Virus record (IMG/VR): IMGVR_UViG_3300007048_000001 | DNA: 42,259 nt | From: a virus | Direction: 5' to 3' (one strand) | Part shown: positions 1 to 6,815 of the stretch, in pieces | Position numbering within the stretch: the stretch's first letter is position 1 | Layout of the letters: each line of letters starts with the position of its first letter | The notes under the pieces: generated by a model | Databases searched by the model: none | What the model was told of the DNA's origin: nothing | The model's input: the letters and a program-made list of their open reading frames with translations, nothing else | Translations under genes and position numbers: made by a program

Positions 1-1131
1 GATGGTTCAGGGCGACAGAACATCGGTAGTGATGGCATCCCAGATGAAGGTGGCATCGCCGTGTCGCGTCCTTTGCACTGGCCCTGTAGTGCAAATGCCA
101 ATTCAAGGACCGTCGGCGCCCCCGTCGTTGACAGTGTCTTCTCTAACCTGAGCAGCACAGCACTCAACAGCAACCACACAACACCTGCTGACTTGCCGAG
201 TGCAGTGTGGCATGTTTGCGCCAGTCGTGGTGATACGTTCTTCCCGGTCCCTACATGGACCAGAGCGCACCTCGCTTTTCTGAGCCTCGCCCATTCACAA
301 GCGCTGCTCGGTGGAGATGGCAGGCCGATCAGTGGTGCGATCACCAAGGCGGCGTGGATGGACACACAGCCCTATGCCCCGAAGGGCAACAACCAAGGCC
401 GGGAAGATATCAACAAACCAAGCCTGCAGTTCACGCACCCCGGCATCCGTGGCGCCACGGAAGGTGGTCACGCGGGCAAGGCCTATCGCGCGTTCACTGG
501 TGCGGGATATACCAGCAGTACAAACGGCCTCGTCGCCGCTGTTGAACAGACCACACACAATGGCCAACCGAGTGGTGTCGCTGATGTGAATGGGAATCAG
601 TGGGACATTGCGCCAGGGTTAACAACTGCTCTTGGTGGGACGGTCACCGCCTCGAGCTATCGCCTCTATTCAGAGACCAAGGCATGGTCTGCCGTCAGTA
701 ATGTCGCCGATATCCTCAACAGCCAAGACCTAGTCCAGCTTGCCGCCAACACCGGAGACAATGGGATCTGGTGGATTAGTCTCGGCGCTTTATGGGCCCA
801 CTTGGTCCCCGCCGCCGGCGGGACATGGCATCCCACCAATTCATTCACTGGTGGCAATGCATCCCAGACCACACGCAAGGCGATGACTGACTGCCTCATC
901 CCGAGGGAAGCCGGCACCGACGCCGATGAGGCGAGCCAACCCGACAGTACGAATCTCTTTGGTGGGGATGGGTTTCGCCATCGAACAACCACTGCCACCA
1001 TGCCGTTGTTTGGTGGGATGTGGGCTAGGACCTACAGCGCTGGGATCTGCAGCCTCAGTGTTGCAGTCAACTATGGCACACAACAGGATGCGGCCGGCAC
1101 CCGTGCAGTGCACCTCGTCGCGAGCAGCTGA
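1..1131 (+). CDS. Receptor-binding tail protein, paralog 2, C-terminal part (same gene as 41717..42259, joined through the contig overlap)
   Basis: The frame is open from base 1 (DGSGRQNIGSDGIPDEGGIAVSRPLHWPCSA...) and in phase with the ORF starting at ATG 41717. It is homologous along its length to the 538-aa product of 40101..41717 (GIAVSRPLHWPCSA, CASRGDTFFP.PTWTRAHLA, VDVNGNQWD.APGL, GGDGFR, YSAG). Confidence 0.85.
   Translation, partial: DGSGRQNIGSDGIPDEGGIAVSRPLHWPCSANANSRTVGAPVVDSVFSNLSSTALNSNHTTPADLPSAVWHVCASRGDTFFPVPTWTRAHLAFLSLAHSQALLGGDGRPISGAITKAAWMDTQPYAPKGNNQGREDINKPSLQFTHPGIRGATEGGHAGKAYRAFTGAGYTSSTNGLVAAVEQTTHNGQPSGVADVNGNQWDIAPGLTTALGGTVTASSYRLYSETKAWSAVSNVADILNSQDLVQLAANTGDNGIWWISLGALWAHLVPAAGGTWHPTNSFTGGNASQTTRKAMTDCLIPREAGTDADEASQPDSTNLFGGDGFRHRTTTATMPLFGGMWARTYSAGICSLSVAVNYGTQQDAAGTRAVHLVASS
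49..89 (+). repeat. 41-bp block 40/41 identical to 40632..40672 in the paralogous tail gene
   Basis: ggtggcatcgccgtGtcgcgtcctttgcactggccctgtag versus ggtggcatcgccgtCtcgcgtcctttgcactggccctgtag. The flanking DNA of the two paralogs is much more diverged. Confidence 0.9.
72..95. repeat. 24-bp palindrome TTTGCACT-GGCCCTGT-AGTGCAAA (perfect 8-bp arms, 8-bp spacer) inside the tail gene; also present as the duplicate at 42232..42255
   Basis: Read directly: the reverse complement of TTTGCACT is AGTGCAAA. Paralog 1 keeps only the left arm (40655..40662). Confidence 0.85.
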
Positions 1132-1325
1132 TGGATCCATCGCTGGTGGTGGCGATCGTTGGACTCTGTGGTTCTGGCTTGATCGCCCTGGTGCGAGTCT
1201 CAGCTCAGCTATCGAGTGTCGAGGCACGCACCACCACCATCTTGGAGAACACGCATTGCATCCTGCGTGATCACGAGACTAGACTCCGTGATCTCGAGAA
1301 GTGTGACCTCCACACCCGGCCATGA
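1131..1325 (+). CDS. Small membrane protein, holin or spanin-like lysis candidate
   Basis: 64 aa with an N-terminal hydrophobic helix (LVVAIVGLCGSGLIALV) and a charged helical tail. Its ATG overlaps the upstream TGA (TGATG). The position after the tail fibre genes matches the T7-type lysis slot. Confidence 0.5.
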   Translation: MDPSLVVAIVGLCGSGLIALVRVSAQLSSVEARTTTILENTHCILRDHETRLRDLEKCDLHTRP

Positions 1326-1531
1326 TGCAATGCACCGTCGCTGCGATCAATACATCCTCCAATTTCGTTCTTGTAATCGTGGGGCTGCATCTTGCAGCGA
1401 TGGTGATCGTCAACATCACACCCACTCCTAAGGATGATGAGATGATGAGTGGCTACACACGATTCCTCGTGAAGCTCTATCGTTTGATTGAAGTCGCTGC
1501 AGGTGTCATTGGTCCATTGGTGAAGCGGTGA
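1322..1531 (+). CDS. Small membrane protein, holin candidate
   Basis: 69 aa with hydrophobic segment FVLVIVGLHLAAMVIV and a hydrophobic C-terminal stretch. The start overlaps the previous ORF. The 3' end overlaps the 3' end of the convergent peptidase gene by 26 nt. Confidence 0.45.
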   Translation: MMQCTVAAINTSSNFVLVIVGLHLAAMVIVNITPTPKDDEMMSGYTRFLVKLYRLIEVAAGVIGPLVKR

Positions 1532-2195
1532 GATACCACCCACCGGTGCCATGGACCCGCCAGCGTGGATCCCAGTTCCGTCGGCTGTAGTGCACCCCTG
1601 CACCGTTGGTGTTGTCGGTGTAGCCACCTTCCACAAGTCGTGCTTCACCATTGGGATCGTTGTGAATCCAGTGCGTCGTGGTGTAGCCAATCACAACGGA
1701 CCAATGTCCCCCACCTGTTGGGGTATCGACCTGCCCACGGTGTAACCATCCAACCGCGACGGGTCGCGCTTGGTCGATCTCGCGTTCGAGGTGATAAGGG
1801 GTCCCATCGGTGGCGAAGTTGGCGTGAAGCCCCAGGTGTCTGAGGGTGGCCAGCTGCGCCTCCGCTGATGTGCTATCGCCGTATTGCGCGCGGATGCTGT
1901 TGTACGCATCATCATGGGCGACCATCCCCCAATACATGGCCAGCATGGCACAACTCGAAGAGAAGCATTCGCGATAGCCCGTTCCACTCCTGTTGTCGAG
2001 TTGACTTTGCCATTGAACCTTTAAAGGATTATTGCTGCCTCGCCAAGTTTCAACCCATGTTGCGTTCTCTGAAAGGATGTAGGGATTGGCCTGATGGATG
2101 AGGCGCTGGAGTTCAATGACAGCTTTCTCTTGATGGGGTAGACCTTTGTAGTACTCCCAGAACTGCAGCCAACGCTGTTCAGAGAACCCTGCCAT
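1506..2195 (-). CDS. Papain-like cysteine peptidase (C39-like fold), probable endolysin
   Basis: 229 aa. It has a Cys motif GYRECFSSSCAMLAMYWG and a His motif GGGHWSVVIGY, as in C39-like peptidase domains. It sits next to holin-like ORFs. The lysin role is inferred. Confidence 0.6.
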   Translation of the reverse strand: MAGFSEQRWLQFWEYYKGLPHQEKAVIELQRLIHQANPYILSENATWVETWRGSNNPLKVQWQSQLDNRSGTGYRECFSSSCAMLAMYWGMVAHDDAYNSIRAQYGDSTSAEAQLATLRHLGLHANFATDGTPYHLEREIDQARPVAVGWLHRGQVDTPTGGGHWSVVIGYTTTHWIHNDPNGEARLVEGGYTDNTNGAGVHYSRRNWDPRWRVHGTGGWYLTASPMDQ

Positions 2196-2224
2196 AGGAT
2201 GAGATCAACAGGCATGGACCCATC

Positions 2225-2491
2225 ATGGCAGACCTCCATGACGAACTCGAAGACCTACACGTTCTTACTGTACGCAAGGCACGTGAACTGCTGGAAGATC
2301 CGGACTGCACTTCAAGGGATATCCAAGCTGCGATTGCCCTGCTCAAGCAAAACAACATCACCGCTGACCTAAGTGGTGGTGTCACCCCTGAGATGAAGGC
2401 ACGCACCATGAGCAAACTTGACTTCTCTGCCCTCAAGGCAAAGAGCAACGGGAAGGTCATCCCAATCGTTGGACAGGACCAAGTGAGCTAA
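2225..2491 (+). CDS. Small helical protein, possible terminase small subunit
   Basis: 88 aa, charged and helical. The stretch ARELLEDPDCTSRDIQAAIALLKQNNIT resembles small terminase (DNA maturase A) proteins of T7-like phages from memory. It abuts the terL stop with a 4-nt convergent overlap. The + frame has coding-like composition, whereas the antisense ORF 2179..2460 is a Ser/Arg-rich shadow. Confidence 0.4.
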   Translation: MADLHDELEDLHVLTVRKARELLEDPDCTSRDIQAAIALLKQNNITADLSGGVTPEMKARTMSKLDFSALKAKSNGKVIPIVGQDQVS

Positions 2492-4314
2492 CGCCGTATC
2501 AGAAGCCGCTGGACGCCGCCATAAGCCCTGCCTCGAGCACGTGGCTTGATCCCACACGCGAGGTCATCAATGCAGGCCTGCTTCTCGTCGAACCACGCCT
2601 CACGCATCAGGTCCATCAGTTCATCATCGCGTTTGGCTTTGGCTTTGGCTTGATCTTGCTTCGCCGCTTCAGTGAAGAACTTAATTGCCAAGGACAATGC
2701 ATCGATGCGATCATCAAACGTCAAGGACCCACGATCAACGGTGATGCGACTTAGTTGGTACATCAACGAGCGTTGATGGCCTGTATCTGGGTTCTGTTCA
2801 GCTGTTTGGTAATCACGTCTGATCACCGCAGAACTCACCACTAATCGATGTTGTTGCACCACTGGTGCGATGGTATCAATGATGCGTCGTTCCTTTTGTT
2901 GATTCACGCGGAGATCTTCTATTGAGACGGGATGTTGCTTCATCATGGCGGGCTGAAGCAATGCAGCGAACATGCCATCACCCATGTTGCTTTCCACGAC
3001 GCACTTGGTGATTTTCCAACGCTTACCGATCTCAGCGAGCATCGTCATCACCTCAGGTTCATAGCCACGTGTTGTACCGCCTGACTCAAGCAAGAAATAG
3101 TTGCCATTGAGTTCAGCGAGCACGGCCCAGGCCAATTCATCGGTACCACGACCAGAGGGATCCACCGCCAGGACGCAACGCCATGTCTCATCACGTGGCA
3201 CCCAGCCATTGACCACGCCAGGACGGTAGTAATAGCGGTCTGCACCCATCCCAACGCACAGCAAGCCCTGGATACGTTGATCAGGCCCTGTAGCCCATAG
3301 CACCATCTCTGGTAAGGCCTTGCCATCGAGGTCCATGACGAGCAGATCACCTAGACGGATGGGATACCGATCAAGTGTGCTCAACCTGCAATTGAGCTGG
3401 TACTGCAGTTGCACTGCAACACGCGTCATGCGTGTTTCACGGTTGAGCAACTCCTCATGACCAAAGCGTTCAGGATCTGTCGCTTCACCTACCAGTGCTG
3501 GATTGTCCCTGACTGCATCAGCAATACAAGGCGCCAAGTTCGTGTCATAACAGTCCCAGTCATCAGGGATAGAAGGGTCTGGATAGCGTGCTGGCCAGAA
3601 GCGGATGGCGTAGTTTCTTTCACGGACTAAACGCAAGTACAATGAACTCTCGAGATGCGGGGTGCCCAGATACCTGATCTGCCGAGGGAAGATCTGCAGT
3701 TGCAACCCAGCCTGTGTGTAGTCAATCGGTGCAGCACCATCAAAACCTGGCTCTGTTGGTTGTAAGATCGCCTCGAGTTCAGTGACAGCCTGCGCTAACC
3801 TCTCCTGTTTCAACGGTGTGATTGAGTTATTCAAGGTTTCGATGTCATCAATCAATGCAAGCGTGCAACGCTTACCCGTCAAGGCAGGAGATAAGATCCC
3901 CACTGTTCGTACACTAGGAACTTGCGCAACCAAGGAAGGACCCACATCGAATGCATTGACGGCACCACGACCATCTTGCTTGCGCTCTAAACACCGCAAA
4001 ACATCAATATCACGAATGCACCTCAACATGAAAACACTGATCTCCTCTGCCTTCTCAGCTGTTGCAGCACTGATCAGCACCTTCTCATGGAAGGGGTCAT
4101 GCCTTAACCGCCATAAGGCATAGGCACCTGAAATGAAGCTCTTCCCAAGTCCACGATACGCTGTCGTGATCGCTCGATCAGGACCGTGCTCAATCCACTC
4201 AGCAACCTCCAACTGGCGGACAGTTGGTGTGTCCGCCAGGTTTAACTCCCGTAGCACGTAGCACAGGAAATGAGGAAAGGGCCAGAGCTCAGAAGGTAGT
4301 GGTTCCCAAGTCAT
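2488..4314 (-). CDS. terL: Terminase large subunit (T7 gp19-like)
   Basis: 608 aa. The N-terminal ATPase has P-loop-like AYRGLGKSFISGAYALW and Walker B-like CTLALIDDIE. The C-terminal nuclease region contains VLAVDPSGRGTDE. Length and layout are typical of T7-type maturase B. Confidence 0.93.
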   Translation of the reverse strand: MTWEPLPSELWPFPHFLCYVLRELNLADTPTVRQLEVAEWIEHGPDRAITTAYRGLGKSFISGAYALWRLRHDPFHEKVLISAATAEKAEEISVFMLRCIRDIDVLRCLERKQDGRGAVNAFDVGPSLVAQVPSVRTVGILSPALTGKRCTLALIDDIETLNNSITPLKQERLAQAVTELEAILQPTEPGFDGAAPIDYTQAGLQLQIFPRQIRYLGTPHLESSLYLRLVRERNYAIRFWPARYPDPSIPDDWDCYDTNLAPCIADAVRDNPALVGEATDPERFGHEELLNRETRMTRVAVQLQYQLNCRLSTLDRYPIRLGDLLVMDLDGKALPEMVLWATGPDQRIQGLLCVGMGADRYYYRPGVVNGWVPRDETWRCVLAVDPSGRGTDELAWAVLAELNGNYFLLESGGTTRGYEPEVMTMLAEIGKRWKITKCVVESNMGDGMFAALLQPAMMKQHPVSIEDLRVNQQKERRIIDTIAPVVQQHRLVVSSAVIRRDYQTAEQNPDTGHQRSLMYQLSRITVDRGSLTFDDRIDALSLAIKFFTEAAKQDQAKAKAKRDDELMDLMREAWFDEKQACIDDLACGIKPRARGRAYGGVQRLLIRR

Positions 4315-4651
4315 TCAATGCCCTGCGAAATACAGCGCGAACTGCCTCTCGTCCATCCTCTCGATGTTCCCATGTCTTGATGATAACATCAGATACATGC
4401 TCTGAGTCAACACCGAGTTTGTTCATGCATCGTCCAATCTGTGTTAACCACTCCTCAGAATCTTTCTTGCTATAATCTCCAGTGACTGCTTCCATGATAC
4501 ACCCTGCATACCATGCAACCTGTAGCTTATAAATGAGACCACGCTTATTACGTGCTCTTTCTTTTTCTCTCTCTATCATCGCATCCGTCATGATTGGACT
4601 CGTCATGGCTTCATTGTAGTGTGGGTTATCTGGATAAAAAAGATCTACCAT
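4289..4651 (-). CDS. Hypothetical protein
   Basis: 120-aa ORF with balanced composition. It overlaps the terL start by 26 nt and the upstream ORF by 7 nt, so it is translationally coupled. The DNA is visibly more AT-rich than the structural genes. Confidence 0.6.
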   Translation of the reverse strand: MVDLFYPDNPHYNEAMTSPIMTDAMIEREKERARNKRGLIYKLQVAWYAGCIMEAVTGDYSKKDSEEWLTQIGRCMNKLGVDSEHVSDVIIKTWEHREDGREAVRAVFRRALNDLGTTTF

Positions 4652-5037
4652 TCCTCGTCACTCTTCAATCTTCCAGGACATGCATCCTCACCAAGATGCT
4701 TCACCAAGATCTCCCTACCAATAAGACTAGGCCTCATCTGATATGCATTCCTGATGTGCGGATGCCTCCTCACCTCGATCAATGGCCTCGTAAAAGATGG
4801 GTTCACATACTTCCCATCCCTGTAATACGTACGACAACGTAACCCAGATATAATCCTGTTACATGCACCATCGTCAAATACTACCCCTTCCTCGTTCATC
4901 ATCGCCTCGCATAATGCAGGCCTGTTGTCTATCCCATTGGCAATGTACAACAAGGCCTCGATGATGGAACTCTGCAATACATTCCCATTGTTGGGACGTA
5001 GCTCAGTTAGCAATCTTGCAACAGATAATGATGTCAT
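4645..5037 (-). CDS. Hypothetical protein
   Basis: 130-aa ORF in the same - strand gene train. No motif recognised. Confidence 0.6.
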   Translation of the reverse strand: MTSLSVARLLTELRPNNGNVLQSSIIEALLYIANGIDNRPALCEAMMNEEGVVFDDGACNRIISGLRCRTYYRDGKYVNPSFTRPLIEVRRHPHIRNAYQMRPSLIGREILVKHLGEDACPGRLKSDEEW

Positions 5038-5045
5038 TTCTTTTG

Positions 5046-5342
5046 TTAGACGGGTACTGCATAGTCATCCTGGTCATCATTGCCCTCATTGAAATGCCTC
5101 CTCGCTCGTGGAATCCCTCTGCCTAGCTCTTTGTTTGGCATTAAAATGGCTGGCGTTTGAATAGGAGGCACAAGTAAATCAATGCCCTTTAGTGCTGCCC
5201 TCGCTGCCTGAACACTCTCTGTAACCTCTTCTGATTCCGCCATCGCTAACCTCTCTAGCTGATGAATATGGTCCAATAATGCGCATCTTGTTGCTGCTAC
5301 CTGCTTTGTTGTCAGGTACACCTTGTGTAGCTGTGTCTTCAT
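5046..5342 (-). CDS. Hypothetical protein (acidic C-terminus)
   Basis: 98-aa ORF. Its start overlaps the stop of the upstream ORF (4-nt overlap at 5339..5342). Confidence 0.55.
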   Translation of the reverse strand: MKTQLHKVYLTTKQVAATRCALLDHIHQLERLAMAESEEVTESVQAARAALKGIDLLVPPIQTPAILMPNKELGRGIPRARRHFNEGNDDQDDYAVPV

Positions 5343-5635
5343 AATACGGTTGCTTTGAATAGTTCAAGGTTGCGATCTAGCTGGTCCAAACTCTCTTCCG
5401 CACTCCTCATCTCTCTCTCAAACTCTTTCGCTAACTCCTTATCTCCTCGCCTCTCCGCTGCTTCCCAACCACGCATCGCACGGCGATAAAGATTCTCCAC
5501 GCTCTGACATGTCTTGCTGTGCCTGTCTAGCCACAGCTCTCTCTTGCTTGCTTCCTTGTAACCCAACCACATGATGATTGCCCAGAATAGACTCGGTAGA
5601 ATTAACAATGATCCCATTAAAATGTTGCTGAGCAT
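5339..5635 (-). CDS. Hypothetical membrane-anchored protein
   Basis: 98 aa with an N-terminal hydrophobic helix (GSLLILPSLFWAIIMWLGY) and a charged coiled tail. It is the first gene of the - strand arm, next to the noncoding hub. Confidence 0.55.
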   Translation of the reverse strand: MLSNILMGSLLILPSLFWAIIMWLGYKEASKRELWLDRHSKTCQSVENLYRRAMRGWEAAERRGDKELAKEFEREMRSAEESLDQLDRNLELFKATVL

Positions 5636-6264
5636 AGGCTCTTCGCTGATGCTTCCTTACTCTGCCGGGAGTCAGCAGCAGCTGCTGTTGTACCTTTATA
5701 TTCCTTAATTTACCTTCTTAATTAAGACCTTAAACCTAGCACATCTAGATCTTACCACGCTTGTCAACCCCCTATAACCCCCCTTCCAGAACCTCAATCA
5801 AGACCACCACATCGTCTCAATCCTTTACAGCGCTAAGCCCTACTCATCCTTGCTCAACCTTAGCTCAGCGTTAATCCAGCACTGCCTATCACGTACTCTG
5901 ATACTTGGCGAGTAGCTTTGAGAATCCAGTGGGGCACTACGATCTCCCACTCTTCGGACCTCTAGCGTACGCTTGTGGTACAGCAGCGTATTGAGAATCA
6001 CCGCCTCTCAAAAGCTGAGATCGCAGTCCCTGACTGGATTCTTCCTTCCACCACCTCTGCGAATGATTCTTCAGCCCGGTTGCCTAGGGGAACGCCTGGC
6101 CCGGCGGCGAGCCCGGCCCCCTAGGGCCAAGGGCGACGCCGTAGCCGGGCAATCGAAGCCGATTTCTAGGGCTGGGATACCCCCCTGTCCGGTTTTTTCG
6201 AAGGGCTATGGGGGGTCTTGATCGCACGCACGCTGAGAGATTGACCACCTCATCATGCGAGCAA

Positions 6265-6283
6265 TTTCACAAGCATTGTGAAA
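6265..6283. promoter_or_regulatory. Perfect palindrome TTTCACAA-GCA-TTGTGAAA, operator-like site
   Basis: Read directly: 8-bp perfect arms with a 3-bp centre. Confidence 0.5.
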
Positions 6284-6308
6284 ACTCTCGTAATGTGAGT
6301 AAAAGATC

Positions 6309-6322
6309 AAAAAAAAAAAAAA
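6309..6322. repeat. A14 homopolymer
   Basis: 14 consecutive A at 6309-6322, followed by more A-rich sequence (gaaccaaaaaataat). Confidence 0.95.
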
Positions 6323-6336
6323 GAACCAAAAAATAA

Positions 6337-6356
6337 TCTAGAAGATTCTAGAAGAT
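6337..6356. repeat. Tandem 10-bp repeat TCTAGAAGAT x2
   Basis: Read directly at 6337-6346 and 6347-6356. Confidence 0.95.
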
Positions 6357-6374
6357 TTTATAAATCTCTAGCTT

Positions 6375-6550
6375 GCGAAGGTTCTAGGTTCCTTTCAAAG
6401 CTGAAGCGAAGGTTACTTAGTGTAAATCCCGAGTTCCTTTAGAAGTTAATACTATCCACTTTAAAAGTTATTTAGTTTCTACTTTCAAGGTTATCGAAAC
6501 CAGATATAACAGCGGAAGTATCTCTTAAAGCGGAAGGTAACTTTCTAAGA
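6375..6550. repeat. Iteron-like array: about six CTTTnAAAG-type motifs plus four GCG(G)AAGGT motifs in AT-rich DNA
   Basis: cCTTTCAAAG (6391), cCTTTAGAAG (6436), aCTTTAAAAG (6458), aCTTTCAAGG (6481), CTCTTAAAG (6522), aCTTTCTAAG (6540). Several spacings are about 22 bp. GCGAAGGTT occurs at 6375 and 6406, and GCGGAAG at 6511 and 6530. Confidence 0.6.
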
Positions 6551-6597
6551 GAGAGAGACAGCCTTTATCCTAGGGGATACGGCTGTCTCTCTCTTAG
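6545..6597. other. 53-nt extended hairpin (about 22 bp of pairing in three segments)
   Basis: 6551-6563 pairs with 6581-6593 (13 bp). 6545-6548 pairs with 6594-6597 after a 2-nt bulge. The inner stem tatcc/ggata (6566-6570 with 6575-6579) closes loop tagg. Confidence 0.8.
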
Positions 6598-6604
6598 AGG
6601 TAGC

Positions 6605-6633
6605 TTAATAAATCCAAGAAGAAACTCTATGAT
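6605..6633 (+). promoter_or_regulatory. Candidate sigma70-type promoter directed toward the RNAP gene
   Basis: -35 TTAATA (6605-6610), 17-nt spacer, -10 TATGAT (6628-6633), just downstream of the large hairpin. Confidence 0.35.
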
Positions 6634-6701
6634 TCGCGCGGGGAGAAAACGCGTGTATGCGAGCTATCTATGCGTGGTATGCTGTTAGGGATTGCAGGAG
6701 A

Positions 6702-6733
6702 GGGTTTTGTGGGGTTTGGGGATTGCCGGTGGG
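6702..6733 (+). other. G-run cluster (G3-N6-G4-N3-G4-N9-G3), possible G-quadruplex motif
   Basis: Read directly. It is part of a strongly G/T-rich + strand stretch at 6660-6860. Confidence 0.4.
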
Positions 6734-6780
6734 TTTTTGTGAGTCGGCTGTTGTTGGTTTTGGCTGGATTCCGCGTCTGC

Positions 6781-6807
6781 GGGGTCTGTGGGGCGCTGGG
6801 AGGCGGG
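6781..6807 (+). other. Canonical G-quadruplex motif GGGG-tctgt-GGGG-cgct-GGG-aggc-GGG
   Basis: Four G-runs with loops of 5, 4 and 4 nt, immediately upstream of or within the start region of the RNAP ORF. Confidence 0.45.
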
Positions 6808-6815
6808 TCTAGTGC

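Larger units (their letters stand above)
1..99. repeat. 99-bp exact duplicate of the window end (42161..42259); assembly overlap of a circularly closed contig (about 42,160 unique bp)
   Basis: Direct comparison shows bases 1-99 equal bases 42161-42259. The overlap lies inside an open reading frame, so it is not a physical terminal repeat. Confidence 0.95.
5636..6815. promoter_or_regulatory. 1.18-kb noncoding region between the divergent arms (likely early promoters, origin and/or genome ends)
   Basis: No convincing ORF: 5973..6221, 6627..6836 and 6670..6888 have noncoding-like composition. The region is flanked by divergently oriented first genes and is dense in repeats, palindromes, a homopolymer and CTAG motifs. 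Confidence 0.8.

Noticed and set aside
1-99. The 99-bp terminal duplication as the physical direct terminal repeat of a T7-like genome
   Set aside because: It lies in the middle of a tail gene whose frame continues across the junction. Its length is typical of an assembler k-mer overlap.
2179-2460. 93-aa - strand ORF that would make the left arm uniformly - stranded
   Set aside because: Its product has poly-Ser runs and Arg/Ser/Cys-rich composition, typical of the antisense of a Glu/Leu/Asp-rich gene. The + frame (2225..2491) gives a balanced, helical, charged protein.
5973-6221. 82-aa + strand ORF in the hub (and ORFs 6627..6836 - and 6670..6888 +)
   Set aside because: Pro/Arg/Gly-rich or Gly/Val/Cys-rich low-complexity products arise from GC-rich or G/T-rich DNA. 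They have no plausible ribosome-binding context and overlap each other. I treated them as noncoding sequence with possible RNA or DNA structure.
5636-6815. tRNA genes in the long noncoding region
   Set aside because: I recognised no GTTCGAATC or GGTTCRA T-loop box and no cloverleaf-compatible arrangement. The only ttcgaa (6196-6201) lacks flanking acceptor and T-stem complementarity.
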